NCBI GenBank assembly: GCA_029245245.1
Contig: JAQWPT010000038.1
Coordinates: 33,052-97,051, forward strand
Direction: 5' to 3'
Source: Phycisphaerales bacterium
GTDB taxonomy: Bacteria; Planctomycetota; Phycisphaerae; Phycisphaerales; SM1A02
Length of the DNA stretch: 64,000 bases
The notes below the pieces were generated by a model, which was given only the letters and a program-made list of their open reading frames with translations, was not told where the DNA came from and did not search any database. The position numbers and the translations under genes are program-made. Below are positions 48,712 through 57,099 of the stretch, one piece after another; position 1 is the first letter of the stretch; each line of letters begins with the position of its first letter.

Positions 48712-49668
48712 TCAGTTGCCGCCTGGATGCTGATCACTGCCACCCATCATGCCGGCAAGGCCGGCGATGGCCTGGTCGAACTCCTCCTGGGTCGCAGCGT
48801 TCTCGAAATGACTGAGGCCCAGATTCACCATTTGGAGCACTGCCTCGGCCTGCGCCACTTGCTGCGAACTGGTGGACATGTCCTCGTTGTCCAGTTGCTG
48901 CTTCGCCTCCGCCAGGGAGCGAGGGACAACAGCCGCCATCATGGTCGGGACCCACCTGCCGTCAACCTTTGACATGGGCACCTGGGCTGGAATCGGGTTC
49001 ACTCCCGCAGGAAGTTCAGGCATGGTGACGCTCACCATGGCCGTGTCATCCTTTTCGGTGTCCACCTTCGCGGACAACTTCTTGACAGCCGTAAAGAATT
49101 CCAGGGCCTGGGCGGCATCGGGTTCTTCGGTGGCGGCTGTCTTCACGATGGACATCATGGCCGCATGGAGTTCAGGGCCATAGTTCGTCAGGAAATTCGT
49201 CATGTTGAACTTCTTGAGTCCCGCGACGGTGGACAGGTCGCTGCTGGTGATCGCATCGCCGATCTTGACGATATCGTCGTAGGTCTCGGCGGCCTGTTCC
49301 TTCTCGGTGGCTGTCATGGTCGCCACCTGCTCCTTGACCATCGGGGTGTTCATGATGAACTGCTTCTTGTCCTTGAGGATCGTCACCACCCTCTTCATGG
49401 TGGCCATGACATCGTCGTAGAGCTCGGCCGGGACCTTCTTGCCGAACTCGTGAACGAGTCCATCGACATCCTGCTGCCAAGTGGCGGGCACGGTGTCCCA
49501 AAGGAGGACTGGCTTGTCCTCAACCATGGACTCGCGAAGGCCGTCAAACATGGCTGTCGGAGTCGAGGGGGCGGCCTTGTCGCACCCGATGAGGGCGAGT
49601 GGGGCCACGGCGGCCAGGACCACCACGAAACGTATCAACTGGCTGAACATCATGAATCTCCTCTTCAT
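48712..49668 (-). CDS. hypothetical lipoprotein (318 aa)
   Basis: ORF 48712..49812 trimmed to ATG 49668: MKRRFMMFSQLIRFVVVLAAVAPLALIGC (lipobox). Helical, with K/E/M/A-rich composition. Confidence 0.6.
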   Translation of the reverse strand: MKRRFMMFSQLIRFVVVLAAVAPLALIGCDKAAPSTPTAMFDGLRESMVEDKPVLLWDTVPATWQQDVDGLVHEFGKKVPAELYDDVMATMKRVVTILKDKKQFIMNTPMVKEQVATMTATEKEQAAETYDDIVKIGDAITSSDLSTVAGLKKFNMTNFLTNYGPELHAAMMSIVKTAATEEPDAAQALEFFTAVKKLSAKVDTEKDDTAMVSVTMPELPAGVNPIPAQVPMSKVDGRWVPTMMAAVVPRSLAEAKQQLDNEDMSTSSQQVAQAEAVLQMVNLGLSHFENAATQEEFDQAIAGLAGMMGGSDQHPGGN

Positions 49669-49929
49669 GTCTTTGAAATCTGCAACAGGCGAGATGCCTG
49701 CTCCCACAAGAACGCAAGAGGGTACGGGCCGTCCCTGCTGCTGTCGAGAACAGTGGAACATGGTGTCCGGGAATCCTCGAATATCCACCCCGTCGTGGTC
49801 AAAAACATGCAAACCGGGCGAAGAAAGAGGCTTCCAACTCCATAGAGGGGGATATCTTGAAGTATTGACCTCGTACAGATGGACGCAGCTCCTGCTGCTT
49901 CTTCATCCCCCTTCCCCCGGAGTACGTAC

Positions 49930-50991
49930 ATGATTCAGCGCCTCGCCACCCTGCTTGTGATCGTCGGCCTGGGATCGATTGCCACTGCCGATTCGATGAC
50001 TCGCCTTGGCTGCGACAGCGACTGCAATCTCGACGGACAGGTGAACGTCGATGACCTGCTGAACATCATCTCCAACTGGGGCCAGGCCGGCTGCAACACC
50101 AGCCAGATCGGCGTCGATGATCTGCTCTTGGTCATCAGCGAATGGAACAGGCCCTGCCACCCCTTCATGATTGATCACCCGCTGGGCATCGAGGTCGACT
50201 TCCAGGCCGAACCCGGCTTTGCGATCATTCGCGCCACCGGCCTCGCCGAGCACACCATGGGACCCTTCGACGGTTCCACCGGCTGCTTCAACCCCAACTC
50301 CCCCGGAAACCAGAACGACGAATGGCGAATCCCGATCATTCCCACGGCGACGAACGACCCTGCCGTGTCCGTACTGGACACGCTCGGCCCCACCGCCCTG
50401 TACTACAACGGCGTCGCCCTCTACAACCCGTACGACGGCGGCTCGATGGAGGCGCCCGGCAACATCTGCATGGACGACTACAACGGGCACCCCTCGCCCG
50501 ATCTCCGCTACCACTACCACCAGTATTCACCGGTCGACGGTGACAACGGGGCAACCCACTCCCCCATCGTCGGCTACGGTTTTGACGGCTACCCGATCTA
50601 TGGCCCTTGGGAATCCAACGGCGTCCTGGCCGCCCAGTCCGGCAATCCACTGGATGAATGCAGCGGTCACCATGACGATCTGCGTGGATACCACTACCAC
50701 AGCGTCAGTTACGACCTGGGTGTCCAGTACGGGCTGCCCGGCGACGGATTTCCCTGGGCCCTTGGCTGCTACCGCGGTGAACCCGAGCCCTCCAACTTCG
50801 CCGGTGACGGCGGTGGCGGCGGTGGTGGCGGATGCAACGGATGTGCCAGCGTCATGGCCCCTCCCCCGGTCTGCAACTGCCTCGAAAACATACCTGCCTA
50901 CGCACCATGCTGCCTCGACTGGACCACCGGGGCGAACGGAACTCCCGATTGCTACGCTGGTGCTGCAACGTACTGCGGCTGGAGTCCCTGA
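49930..50991 (+). CDS. secreted YHYH-domain protein with N-terminal dockerin-like module and Gly/Cys-rich tail
   Basis: Trimmed to ATG 49930 (signal MIQRLATLLVIVGLGSIATA). Two YHYH motifs (LRYHYHQY, RGYHYHSV) in a PF14240-like arrangement. C-terminal GGGGGGGGCNGC...CNC...CC. Confidence 0.75.
   Translation: MIQRLATLLVIVGLGSIATADSMTRLGCDSDCNLDGQVNVDDLLNIISNWGQAGCNTSQIGVDDLLLVISEWNRPCHPFMIDHPLGIEVDFQAEPGFAIIRATGLAEHTMGPFDGSTGCFNPNSPGNQNDEWRIPIIPTATNDPAVSVLDTLGPTALYYNGVALYNPYDGGSMEAPGNICMDDYNGHPSPDLRYHYHQYSPVDGDNGATHSPIVGYGFDGYPIYGPWESNGVLAAQSGNPLDECSGHHDDLRGYHYHSVSYDLGVQYGLPGDGFPWALGCYRGEPEPSNFAGDGGGGGGGGCNGCASVMAPPPVCNCLENIPAYAPCCLDWTTGANGTPDCYAGAATYCGWSP
50011..50157 (+). other. dockerin-like two-segment module (N-terminal)
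   Basis: CDSDCNLDGQVNVDDLLNIISNWGQAGC ... IGVDDLLLVISEWNRPC. Confidence 0.6.
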
Positions 50992-51009
50992 CCCGACCGC
51001 CTGGAACGC

Positions 51010-51594
51010 ATGATGCGAACACCGGTGATCACATTGATGTGTGTGTGGCTTGCAGCCCTGGCCCTTGCCGGATGTACAGCACCACCCGCTTCCCTTTCAG
51101 ACCACGACGGCCTTGTCCATACCCCGTTGGACGGGGATGAGGGCGACCTCGTGGTCGTCGTCTTCTCCAGCACCGACTGCCCCATCGCCAACGCAATGGC
51201 ACCGGACATCGAACGGGCCAGCCGCGAGACCACCGAGGCCGGCGGCCGCTTCTACCTGGTCCATGCACGCCCGGAACTCACGGCTGAACGCACCCGAACT
51301 CATGCCAGGGAGTACGAACTGACCATGCCGGTCATCGTGGACCGAAACCATGACCTCGTCCGTACCCTCGACGCCACAATCACCCCGGAGGCCTACCTGC
51401 TGCGAATGCGGGGAAACGGCCGGTACGACATCCTGTACCACGGAAGCGTGAACAATCTCTACGGATCAGTCGGCAACCGCCGCCAGAACATCTCCGAGCA
51501 CTACCTGCGGGATGCGGTTCGCAGCGCAGCGGCGGGCAAGGAGATCGAAGTGAGCCAGCGAACCCCCTTCGGATGCTACATCGAGCGGAACTGA
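51010..51594 (+). CDS. thioredoxin-fold redoxin lipoprotein (1-Cys variant)
   Basis: Lipobox LAALALAGC. Redoxin/TlpA-like core DLVVVVFSSTDCPIANAM.. with CPIA in place of CxxC. C-terminal ..RTPFGCYIE. Confidence 0.65.
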   Translation: MMRTPVITLMCVWLAALALAGCTAPPASLSDHDGLVHTPLDGDEGDLVVVVFSSTDCPIANAMAPDIERASRETTEAGGRFYLVHARPELTAERTRTHAREYELTMPVIVDRNHDLVRTLDATITPEAYLLRMRGNGRYDILYHGSVNNLYGSVGNRRQNISEHYLRDAVRSAAAGKEIEVSQRTPFGCYIERN

Positions 51595-51598
51595 ATCC

Positions 51599-52921
51599 AT
51601 GCACGCGATCCTCTTCTGCCTGCTTGCCTCCACGACCAATGCCGCGGACACCTGGTCCGATGTCTCCCCGATCGTCAGTCGACACTGCTCGACCTGCCAC
51701 CACGATGCCGGCTCCGGCCCATTCCCCCTGCTCTCGCACTCGGACCTCGCCGGTCGCCGCCGCTTCATTGCCGAAATCCTGCGCCGCAAGCTCATGCCAC
51801 CGTGGCTTCCCGGTGGCGACAGCCCCCCGCTGCACGATGATCGAACCATGCCCAAGACGGACCGCACCCGGTTGATCGCCTGGCTCGATGCCGGTGCCCC
51901 CACCGCAGAGGGCACCGAGCCGGTGGCGATCACGCCTCCGATCACTCCTTCGTTTCCTGCAGGGACGTTCACCGTGCCCCTGGATGAACCGTTCGTGATC
52001 CCACCGGAGACGATCGAGAACGAACACCGCTTCCACCAGGACACATGGTGCTTCGTGATACCCCTGGACAACGAGGACCCACTTCGAGTTCGAGGAATCG
52101 GGTGGAAGACGGCCGCACCCCAATCCGTCCACACGGTGACCCTGGTTGCCGACGACCGGGGACGCGGACGCAAGCGTGACGAGGTCGACCCGCGGGTCGG
52201 CTTCGAACGCGATGGCGATCTCGACCGGGACATCTCTGGATCGCTCGGTGGCGTGGGCATCGGCCTGGATCGCATGCTGCTACCCCCGGGGTTCCACTGG
52301 TCCATCCCCGCCCACAGTGATCTCGTGGCCGAGGTGAAGTACCGACCACTGGGACGAGCTCTCCCGCTTGGTGACCAGGCCTACCTGGTTCCCGCCGATG
52401 ACGTTGCCTCCCGCGAAGTCATCGCGGTGGTCACCGGCGTCAACCGGCTCAAGGTCCCCGCCGGCGAGAAGGAACACGAAGCCGAAGATCGATTCACGCT
52501 CCCGGCCGCCTTTGATGTCATCGCCGTCATCCCCCGAGCCCGCAATGAATGTCGCTCGATGCGACTGTCGGCGAACCTCCCCGACGGCACCCAGCGGACC
52601 CTGCTGGACATTCCCGACTGGGACGCCCACTTCCGCCGCCCCTACCTGTTCAAGTCGATCCAATCACTCCCCGCCGGCACGATCCTCGTCAGTCGATTCA
52701 TCATCGACAACACCGATGGCAATCCGAGGAATCCATACGATCCCCCGGAGGATCTCCGCATTGGGCGTCGCACCGGAGTTGCCGGGTTCACCCTGCTGGG
52801 CGCCGGTTCGGACGCGGCCGCCTCGAATCTGCTGCTGAAAACCAGCCAACGGGTCATGGATCGCCGGGGATCGCAGACCAGGCCCTCACGCACCCCTATT
52901 CCATCGCCTAAGGCACCCTAG
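51599..52921 (+). CDS. heme-c (CxxCH) protein with Cu-monooxygenase-like beta-sandwich region
   Basis: Signal peptide, then IVSRHCSTCHHDAGSGPFPLLS...RRKLMPPWLP...LIAWLDAGAP. This is the block that precedes DBH-like/ascorbate-type monooxygenase domains in redoxin-fused bacterial proteins. Recognition is from memory. Confidence 0.55.
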   Translation: MHAILFCLLASTTNAADTWSDVSPIVSRHCSTCHHDAGSGPFPLLSHSDLAGRRRFIAEILRRKLMPPWLPGGDSPPLHDDRTMPKTDRTRLIAWLDAGAPTAEGTEPVAITPPITPSFPAGTFTVPLDEPFVIPPETIENEHRFHQDTWCFVIPLDNEDPLRVRGIGWKTAAPQSVHTVTLVADDRGRGRKRDEVDPRVGFERDGDLDRDISGSLGGVGIGLDRMLLPPGFHWSIPAHSDLVAEVKYRPLGRALPLGDQAYLVPADDVASREVIAVVTGVNRLKVPAGEKEHEAEDRFTLPAAFDVIAVIPRARNECRSMRLSANLPDGTQRTLLDIPDWDAHFRRPYLFKSIQSLPAGTILVSRFIIDNTDGNPRNPYDPPEDLRIGRRTGVAGFTLLGAGSDAAASNLLLKTSQRVMDRRGSQTRPSRTPIPSPKAP

Positions 52922-53064
52922 GCCTCGAATCGGGCCTGAAAGTGGATTGGAGCCAGAAAACATGGCTCCTTCGGCCGCTTTCATCCTTGATGTCCCCCTC
53001 CTGATGCCACAGAATGGAAGCAGCGCACCGCTGCCCGAACTGGGCCACTCGAGGAGAGAAGACG

Positions 53065-55083
53065 ATGCCCCATGCTTCCGCACGGCCTGTTGGCCTGCTT
53101 GGACTCCTGCGTCCGATGCAGTTCCTGATGATTCTCGTTGCATGCTGCCTGGTCAGCCCGATGGTCATGGCCCAGGGAGACCCGTGCGATACCGATCCGT
53201 GTTACGACGAGTCGTGCCCCGGGTACGATCCCTGCGAATGCGGAACGGGAGATCCCTGCGAATGCGGCTGGGGCGACCCCTGTGAATGCGGCGATGCGGA
53301 CCCGTGCGACTGTGGCTGGGGCGATCCCTGTGAATGCGGTTGGGGTGACCCCTGCGAATGCGACCCCGACCCCTGCGATCCCGCCTGTGGTGGCGATCCC
53401 TGTGACCCGGCATGTGGTGGTGATCCGTGCGATCCCGCCTGTGGTGGCGATCCCTGCAGCCTCGAGTGCAACCCGGATCCCTGCAGCGATCCCAGCAGCG
53501 AGTGCTACGACGAGTGCGAATGCACCTACTGCCTGTACCCGGACTGCCCGGACTACGACGAGTGCGAATGCTTCGGCGGTCCGCTGAGTTGCAATCCACT
53601 CTGTGACGAGTACGACCCCTACTGCAGTGGCGAGTGCCCCGAATACGACCCCTGCCAGTGTCCCGGCGCCGACCCCTGTGACTGCGGAATGGGTGATCCC
53701 TGCGAGTGCGATATTGATCCCTGCGATCCGGCCTGCGGTGGCAACCCGGAGTGCGACCCCGACTGCGGCGGCGACCCCTGCAGCGTCGGCTGCGGTGGCG
53801 ACCCCTGTGATGCCGGCAGTGAATGCTACGACCCCTGCGACACGAGTTGCCCCGACTACGACATCTGCAACTGCGACCCGCCCCTCTGCGTCCCCCCGTA
53901 CAACGACGATTGCGACCAGCCCGAGGCGATCTATGACGGCCTCACCCTCTTCGATACCACCTACGCCACCGCCGGCGTGCCCTTCAATGACTTCACCGCG
54001 TGTACGAACCTCGGCAACGGGATCGTGCACAAGGACATCTGGTACACGCACGAGGCAACCTGCACCGGCACCCTGGTGCTTACCACCTGCACCGGGACCT
54101 ACTGGGATACCCGGATCGCCGTCTACGACGGCCTATGCCCCACTGGCACCATGCTCACCTGCAACGACGATGGCGACGGCTGCAATGACTACACCTCCTA
54201 CCTTGAAATGGATGTCACGGCCAACACGGTCTACATCATTCGACTCGGTGGATTCGGTTACAACGACGCGGGTGTGGGGCGTCTCTGGGTTGAGTGCACT
54301 CCAGCTCCCAGCTCTTGCGAGGATCCACTGCCGGATTGTCCCACGGACATCGACGGCAATGGGTCCACGGATATCCTCGACCTGCTGGCCGTGCTCAACG
54401 ACTGGGGCCAGTCCGGTCCGCCACGACCCGCCGGCGACTGCTCACCCGGCGAATTCGGCGACTGTGTCGTCGACATCTTCGACCTGCTCGCGATCATCAA
54501 CGCCTGGGGTCCCTGCCCCGTTCCATGCAACGATCCGTGCTATGCCGAGTGCGACAACTACGACCCCTGCGACGAGTCATGCGGCGGCGAGTGCAACCCG
54601 GACTGCCCGGACTACGACGAGTGCTACTGCGTCGGTGATCCGTGCAACCCGGACTGCCCGGACTACGACGAGTGCGCCTGCATCGGTGGCAGCGATCCCT
54701 GTGACCCGGCATGTGGCGGTGATCCGTGCGATCCCGCCTGTGGCGGCGAGCCCTGTGACCCGGCATGCGGCGGTGACCCCTGTGATCCCGCCTGTGGTGG
54801 CGATCCCTGCAGCCTCGAGTGCAACCCGGATCCCTGCAGCGATCCCAGCAGCGAGTGCTACGACGAGTGCGAATGCACCTACTGCCTGTACCCGGACTGC
54901 CCGGACTACGACGAGTGCGACTGCTTCGGCGGTCCGCCGAGTTGCAATCCACTCTGTGACGAGTACGACCCCTACTGCAGTGGCGAGTGCCCCGAATACG
55001 ACCCCTGCCAGTGTGCCGGCGCCGACCCCTGTGACTGCGGAATCGGTGATCCCTGCGAGTGCTGGGGCGAAGGCTGCCCCTGA
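53065..55083 (+). CDS. secreted Cys/Asp/Pro micro-repeat protein with central beta-sandwich (PPC-like) domain and internal dockerin-like module
   Basis: ATG 53065 is preceded by GAGGAGAG. Signal ...LMILVACCLVSPMVMAQ. By hand count, about 110 Cys in 672 aa. Repeats are G-x-GDPCEC, DPCDPACGG and CPDYDEC. The other two frames and the antisense strand are also open, but only this frame has a signal peptide and globular domains. Confidence 0.75.
   Translation: MPHASARPVGLLGLLRPMQFLMILVACCLVSPMVMAQGDPCDTDPCYDESCPGYDPCECGTGDPCECGWGDPCECGDADPCDCGWGDPCECGWGDPCECDPDPCDPACGGDPCDPACGGDPCDPACGGDPCSLECNPDPCSDPSSECYDECECTYCLYPDCPDYDECECFGGPLSCNPLCDEYDPYCSGECPEYDPCQCPGADPCDCGMGDPCECDIDPCDPACGGNPECDPDCGGDPCSVGCGGDPCDAGSECYDPCDTSCPDYDICNCDPPLCVPPYNDDCDQPEAIYDGLTLFDTTYATAGVPFNDFTACTNLGNGIVHKDIWYTHEATCTGTLVLTTCTGTYWDTRIAVYDGLCPTGTMLTCNDDGDGCNDYTSYLEMDVTANTVYIIRLGGFGYNDAGVGRLWVECTPAPSSCEDPLPDCPTDIDGNGSTDILDLLAVLNDWGQSGPPRPAGDCSPGEFGDCVVDIFDLLAIINAWGPCPVPCNDPCYAECDNYDPCDESCGGECNPDCPDYDECYCVGDPCNPDCPDYDECACIGGSDPCDPACGGDPCDPACGGEPCDPACGGDPCDPACGGDPCSLECNPDPCSDPSSECYDECECTYCLYPDCPDYDECDCFGGPPSCNPLCDEYDPYCSGECPEYDPCQCAGADPCDCGIGDPCECWGEGCP
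53242..53361 (+). repeat. 5 x 24-nt coding tandem repeat (G-x-G-D-P-C-E/D-C)
   Basis: Read from the sequence and translation: GTGDPCEC GWGDPCEC GDADPCDC GWGDPCEC GWGDPCEC. Confidence 0.85.
53368..53448 (+). repeat. 3 x 27-nt coding tandem repeat (DPCDPACGG)
   Basis: Direct reading; synonymous differences between units. Confidence 0.85.
53438..53709 (+). repeat. copy 1 of a 272-nt intragenic duplication
   Basis: Matches 54791..55062 with 4 mismatches by eye. Offset is 1353 nt, which is in frame (451 codons). Confidence 0.85.
54337..54516 (+). other. dockerin-like two-segment module (internal)
   Basis: CPTDIDGNGSTDILDLLAVLNDWGQSG ... GDCVVDIFDLLAIINAWGPC. Confidence 0.65.
54694..54801 (+). 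repeat. 4 x 27-nt coding tandem repeat (D/EPCDPACGG)
   Basis: Direct reading. One more unit than the N-terminal array. Confidence 0.85.
54791..55062 (+). repeat. copy 2 of the 272-nt intragenic duplication
   Basis: See copy 1. The differences give E->D, L->P, P->A and M->I. Confidence 0.85.
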
Positions 55084-55089
55084 TCCGAC

Positions 55090-55509
55090 TCAGTCGGTGT
55101 TGCGCATGAAGTTCGCCACGTGCGCGAAGCGTGCATCGAGAAACACCCGTATGTCACCGTCGATGCCCTGCTGATCCATTGCCTCGGCCATGCAGGCCAG
55201 CCACTGGTCCCGCATCGTTTCATCGATCGGGAATGATGCGTGTCGCATGCGCAGCCGCGGGTGCCCGTGCTTCTGTACGTAGAGTTGGGGGCCCCCCAGC
55301 CAACCCGAGAGAAACTCGAAGAAGGTCTCCTGCATGGGCTCCAGGTCCGGGGCGTGCAGTGCACGCAGACCCGCGTAGTCCTGGTTCTCATCCATACAGC
55401 CATAGAAGGCCCTGGCCAGGGCGTGCACCCGCTCCGACCCTCCCAGAGCATCGTAGGGCGTATGCTCGGAGTCGTATGCGGGTGGCGCAGCCTGCGGCAT
55501 GTCGGTCAT
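55090..55509 (-). CDS. glbO: group II truncated hemoglobin (trHbO)
   Basis: ...YDALGG..RAFY...FLSGWLGGPQLYVQKHGHPRLRMRHASFPI...DQWLACM... is collinear with M. tuberculosis GlbO. Confidence 0.85.
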   Translation of the reverse strand: MTDMPQAAPPAYDSEHTPYDALGGSERVHALARAFYGCMDENQDYAGLRALHAPDLEPMQETFFEFLSGWLGGPQLYVQKHGHPRLRMRHASFPIDETMRDQWLACMAEAMDQQGIDGDIRVFLDARFAHVANFMRNTD

Positions 55510-55662
55510 GGGTCAATACTCACATTCTGATTGAAACGAAGTGTATCGCAGCAGGAGAAGGCTCGTTCCAAGCAGGTTTCGATTGACCGGACCACGATTG
55601 CTTCCAAGGTTGGAGAATCAAGGACGACGACAGTTTATTCTGCCGACTCAGGAGACCAAACC

Positions 55663-57099
55663 ATGCAACGACGCACTCTCTTCTCCATCGTGGCCGTCAG
55701 TGGCCTGTTACTGGCTCCCGGCACCATGCTCGCCAGCGAACCATGTGATGCCGACATCAACAACGATCAACAGGTCGATATCGGCGACCTCCTGGGCGTG
55801 CTTGGCGACTGGGGGCCATGCCCCGAACCGCCGGCCTCCTGCCCGGCCGACATCGACGGGACCGGATCCGTGAACGTCAGCGACATGCTCACGGTGCTCT
55901 CGGGCTGGGGCCCGTGCCCGGAGACGGATGAAGACCAGCGAATCGTCGCCTACTACATCGAATGGGGCATCTACGGCCGCGACTACCAGCCGATGGACAT
56001 CCCTGCCGACAAGATCACGCACATCAACTACGCATTCGCCAACATCAGTGAAGATGGCCGGATTGCCCTCGGCGATCCCTACGCCGCCATCGACAAATAC
56101 TACGAAGGCGACACGTGGGACCAGCCCTACCGCGGCACCTACAACCAGATCAACAACGTGCTTCGAGGTCAGTATCCGCACATCAAGACCCTGATCTCCG
56201 TCGGTGGCTGGACCTGGTCCGGCAGATTCTCCGACATCGCGCTTACGAACGAATCGCGGGCGATCTTTGCCGAATCATGTGTGGACTTCATTCGCCAGTA
56301 CAACTTCGATGGCGTCGACATTGACTGGGAATACCCCGTCTGCTGTGGGCTCTCTTCGAACACATACCGTCCGGAAGATCGAGAGAATTACACGCTGCTG
56401 CTCCAGGAACTGCGTACCCAACTCGACGCTGCCGCGACCGAGGATGATCGGGAGTACCTGCTCACCATCGCTGCGCCTGCGGGTTACGACAAGATCGAGA
56501 ACCTCGAACCCGACGGCATCGCGGAGTCCTGCGACTGGATCAACGTGATGACGTACGACCTTCACGGAGCATGGGACCTGAGTCTCACCAATCACCACAG
56601 CAAGCTGTACCCGAACCCAAATGATCCTGGGGACGAGGACATTGCGACGCTCTACAACGCCGCTGCATCCATCCAGAACTACCTCGATGCAGGCGTCCCC
56701 CCGAATGAACTGGTTCTCGGTGTCCCCTTCTACGGACGTGCCTGGGGCGGCGTCGGACCCGACCAGGGCGGGCTCTTCCAGTCCGGCAGTCTCATACCTC
56801 CGGGCACCTGGGACGACTGGAGCAGCGGCGCGACCGGAATCAACGACTGGTTCCAGATCGAACAGTTCATCGAAAGCGGCCTCTACACCCGGTACTGGGA
56901 TGACGACTCGAAGGTCCCATGGCTCTACAGCCCCACCGAGCATGGTGGACACTTCATCTCCTACGACGACGAGGAATCGTTGCAGCACAAGGTCGACTTC
57001 ATCCGCGAACAAGGCCTCGGTGGCGCCATGTTCTGGGAGATCACTGGCGATCGAAACGAAACCCTGCTCGATGTGCTGCAGCCGTTGACGAGACCCTGA
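55663..57099 (+). CDS. GH18 chitinase with N-terminal dockerin-like module
   Basis: Trimmed to ATG 55663 (RBS AGGAGA; signal MQRRTLFSIVAVSGLLLAPGTMLA). Catalytic motif FDGVDIDWEYP, SVGGWTWS, and the ..MTYDLHG.. and ..GGAMFWE blocks. Confidence 0.85.
   Translation: MQRRTLFSIVAVSGLLLAPGTMLASEPCDADINNDQQVDIGDLLGVLGDWGPCPEPPASCPADIDGTGSVNVSDMLTVLSGWGPCPETDEDQRIVAYYIEWGIYGRDYQPMDIPADKITHINYAFANISEDGRIALGDPYAAIDKYYEGDTWDQPYRGTYNQINNVLRGQYPHIKTLISVGGWTWSGRFSDIALTNESRAIFAESCVDFIRQYNFDGVDIDWEYPVCCGLSSNTYRPEDRENYTLLLQELRTQLDAAATEDDREYLLTIAAPAGYDKIENLEPDGIAESCDWINVMTYDLHGAWDLSLTNHHSKLYPNPNDPGDEDIATLYNAAASIQNYLDAGVPPNELVLGVPFYGRAWGGVGPDQGGLFQSGSLIPPGTWDDWSSGATGINDWFQIEQFIESGLYTRYWDDDSKVPWLYSPTEHGGHFISYDDEESLQHKVDFIREQGLGGAMFWEITGDRNETLLDVLQPLTRP
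55744..55917 (+). other. dockerin-like two-segment module (N-terminal)
   Basis: CDADINNDQQVDIGDLLGVLGDWGPCP ... CPADIDGTGSVNVSDMLTVLSGWGPC. Confidence 0.65.

Noticed and set aside
47290-49668. Integrative element or prophage inserted at tRNA-Pro
   Set aside because: No integrase, recombinase, transposase or phage gene is visible, and no repeat of the tRNA 3' end was seen in the window. The accessory character downstream is noted, but a mobile element cannot be supported.
53242-54801. Regular 24-nt and 27-nt periodic repeats that could superficially resemble a CRISPR array
   Set aside because: The units are contiguous with no unique spacers, lie in frame inside a coding sequence, and vary mainly at synonymous positions. 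No cas genes are present in the window.
52981-55174. ORFs 52981..54051(-), 53138..53587(+) and 53603..55174(+) overlapping the Cys-rich gene
   Set aside because: The GC-rich periodic repeats keep all frames open. Only the 53065 frame has an RBS, a signal peptide, a globular domain and a dockerin-like module. The alternatives translate to monotonous T/A/P/R or G/I/A/T strings.
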